Part shown: in pieces, positions 63,967 through 64,000 of the stretch
Layout: each line of letters begins with the position of its first letter
Position numbering within the stretch: position 1 is the first letter of the stretch
Assembly: GCF_006345805.1 (NCBI RefSeq)
Contig: NC_043001.1
Location: 46,562,001-46,626,000 of the forward strand
From: Octopus sinensis
Taxonomy: Eukaryota
Direction of reading: 5' to 3'
DNA: 64,000 nt
Notes under the pieces: generated by a model
Seen by the model: the letters and a program-made list of their open reading frames with translations, nothing else
What the model was told of the DNA's origin: nothing
Databases searched by the model: none
Position numbers and translations under genes: made by a program

Positions 63967-64000
<34 letters not shown>

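Overview
Eukaryotic, AT-rich, repeat-saturated DNA that looks intronic or intergenic. It is most consistent with an octopus (coleoid cephalopod) genome; this is an inference from the SINE families, a mollusc-type 5S remnant and the microsatellite load. No intact protein-coding gene is visible, and almost the whole ORF track is translated microsatellite. The window holds about 30 tRNA-derived SINE copies of several families, 3' fragments of CR1/L2, R4/Dong and RTE LINEs, several Helitrons (one with a helicase remnant), hAT and Tc1/mariner MITEs, long foldback MITEs, Penelope-like (PLE) terminal repeats, a 5S rRNA pseudogene, a 100-N gap, and a degenerate 3.25-kb Ty3/Gypsy element lacking RT/RNase H. 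A few splice-flanked, coding-like patches on the + strand may be exons of one large-intron gene (low confidence). The most striking observation is a 355-bp unit, in tandem and folded back on itself (33172-34080). It carries a minimal type I hammerhead ribozyme fold with a compensatory U3-A8 core pair and a palindromic stem III. A second hammerhead-like variant lies in an inverted PLE repeat at about 24.7 kb. All alignments were done by eye and family names are from memory; no database search was run.
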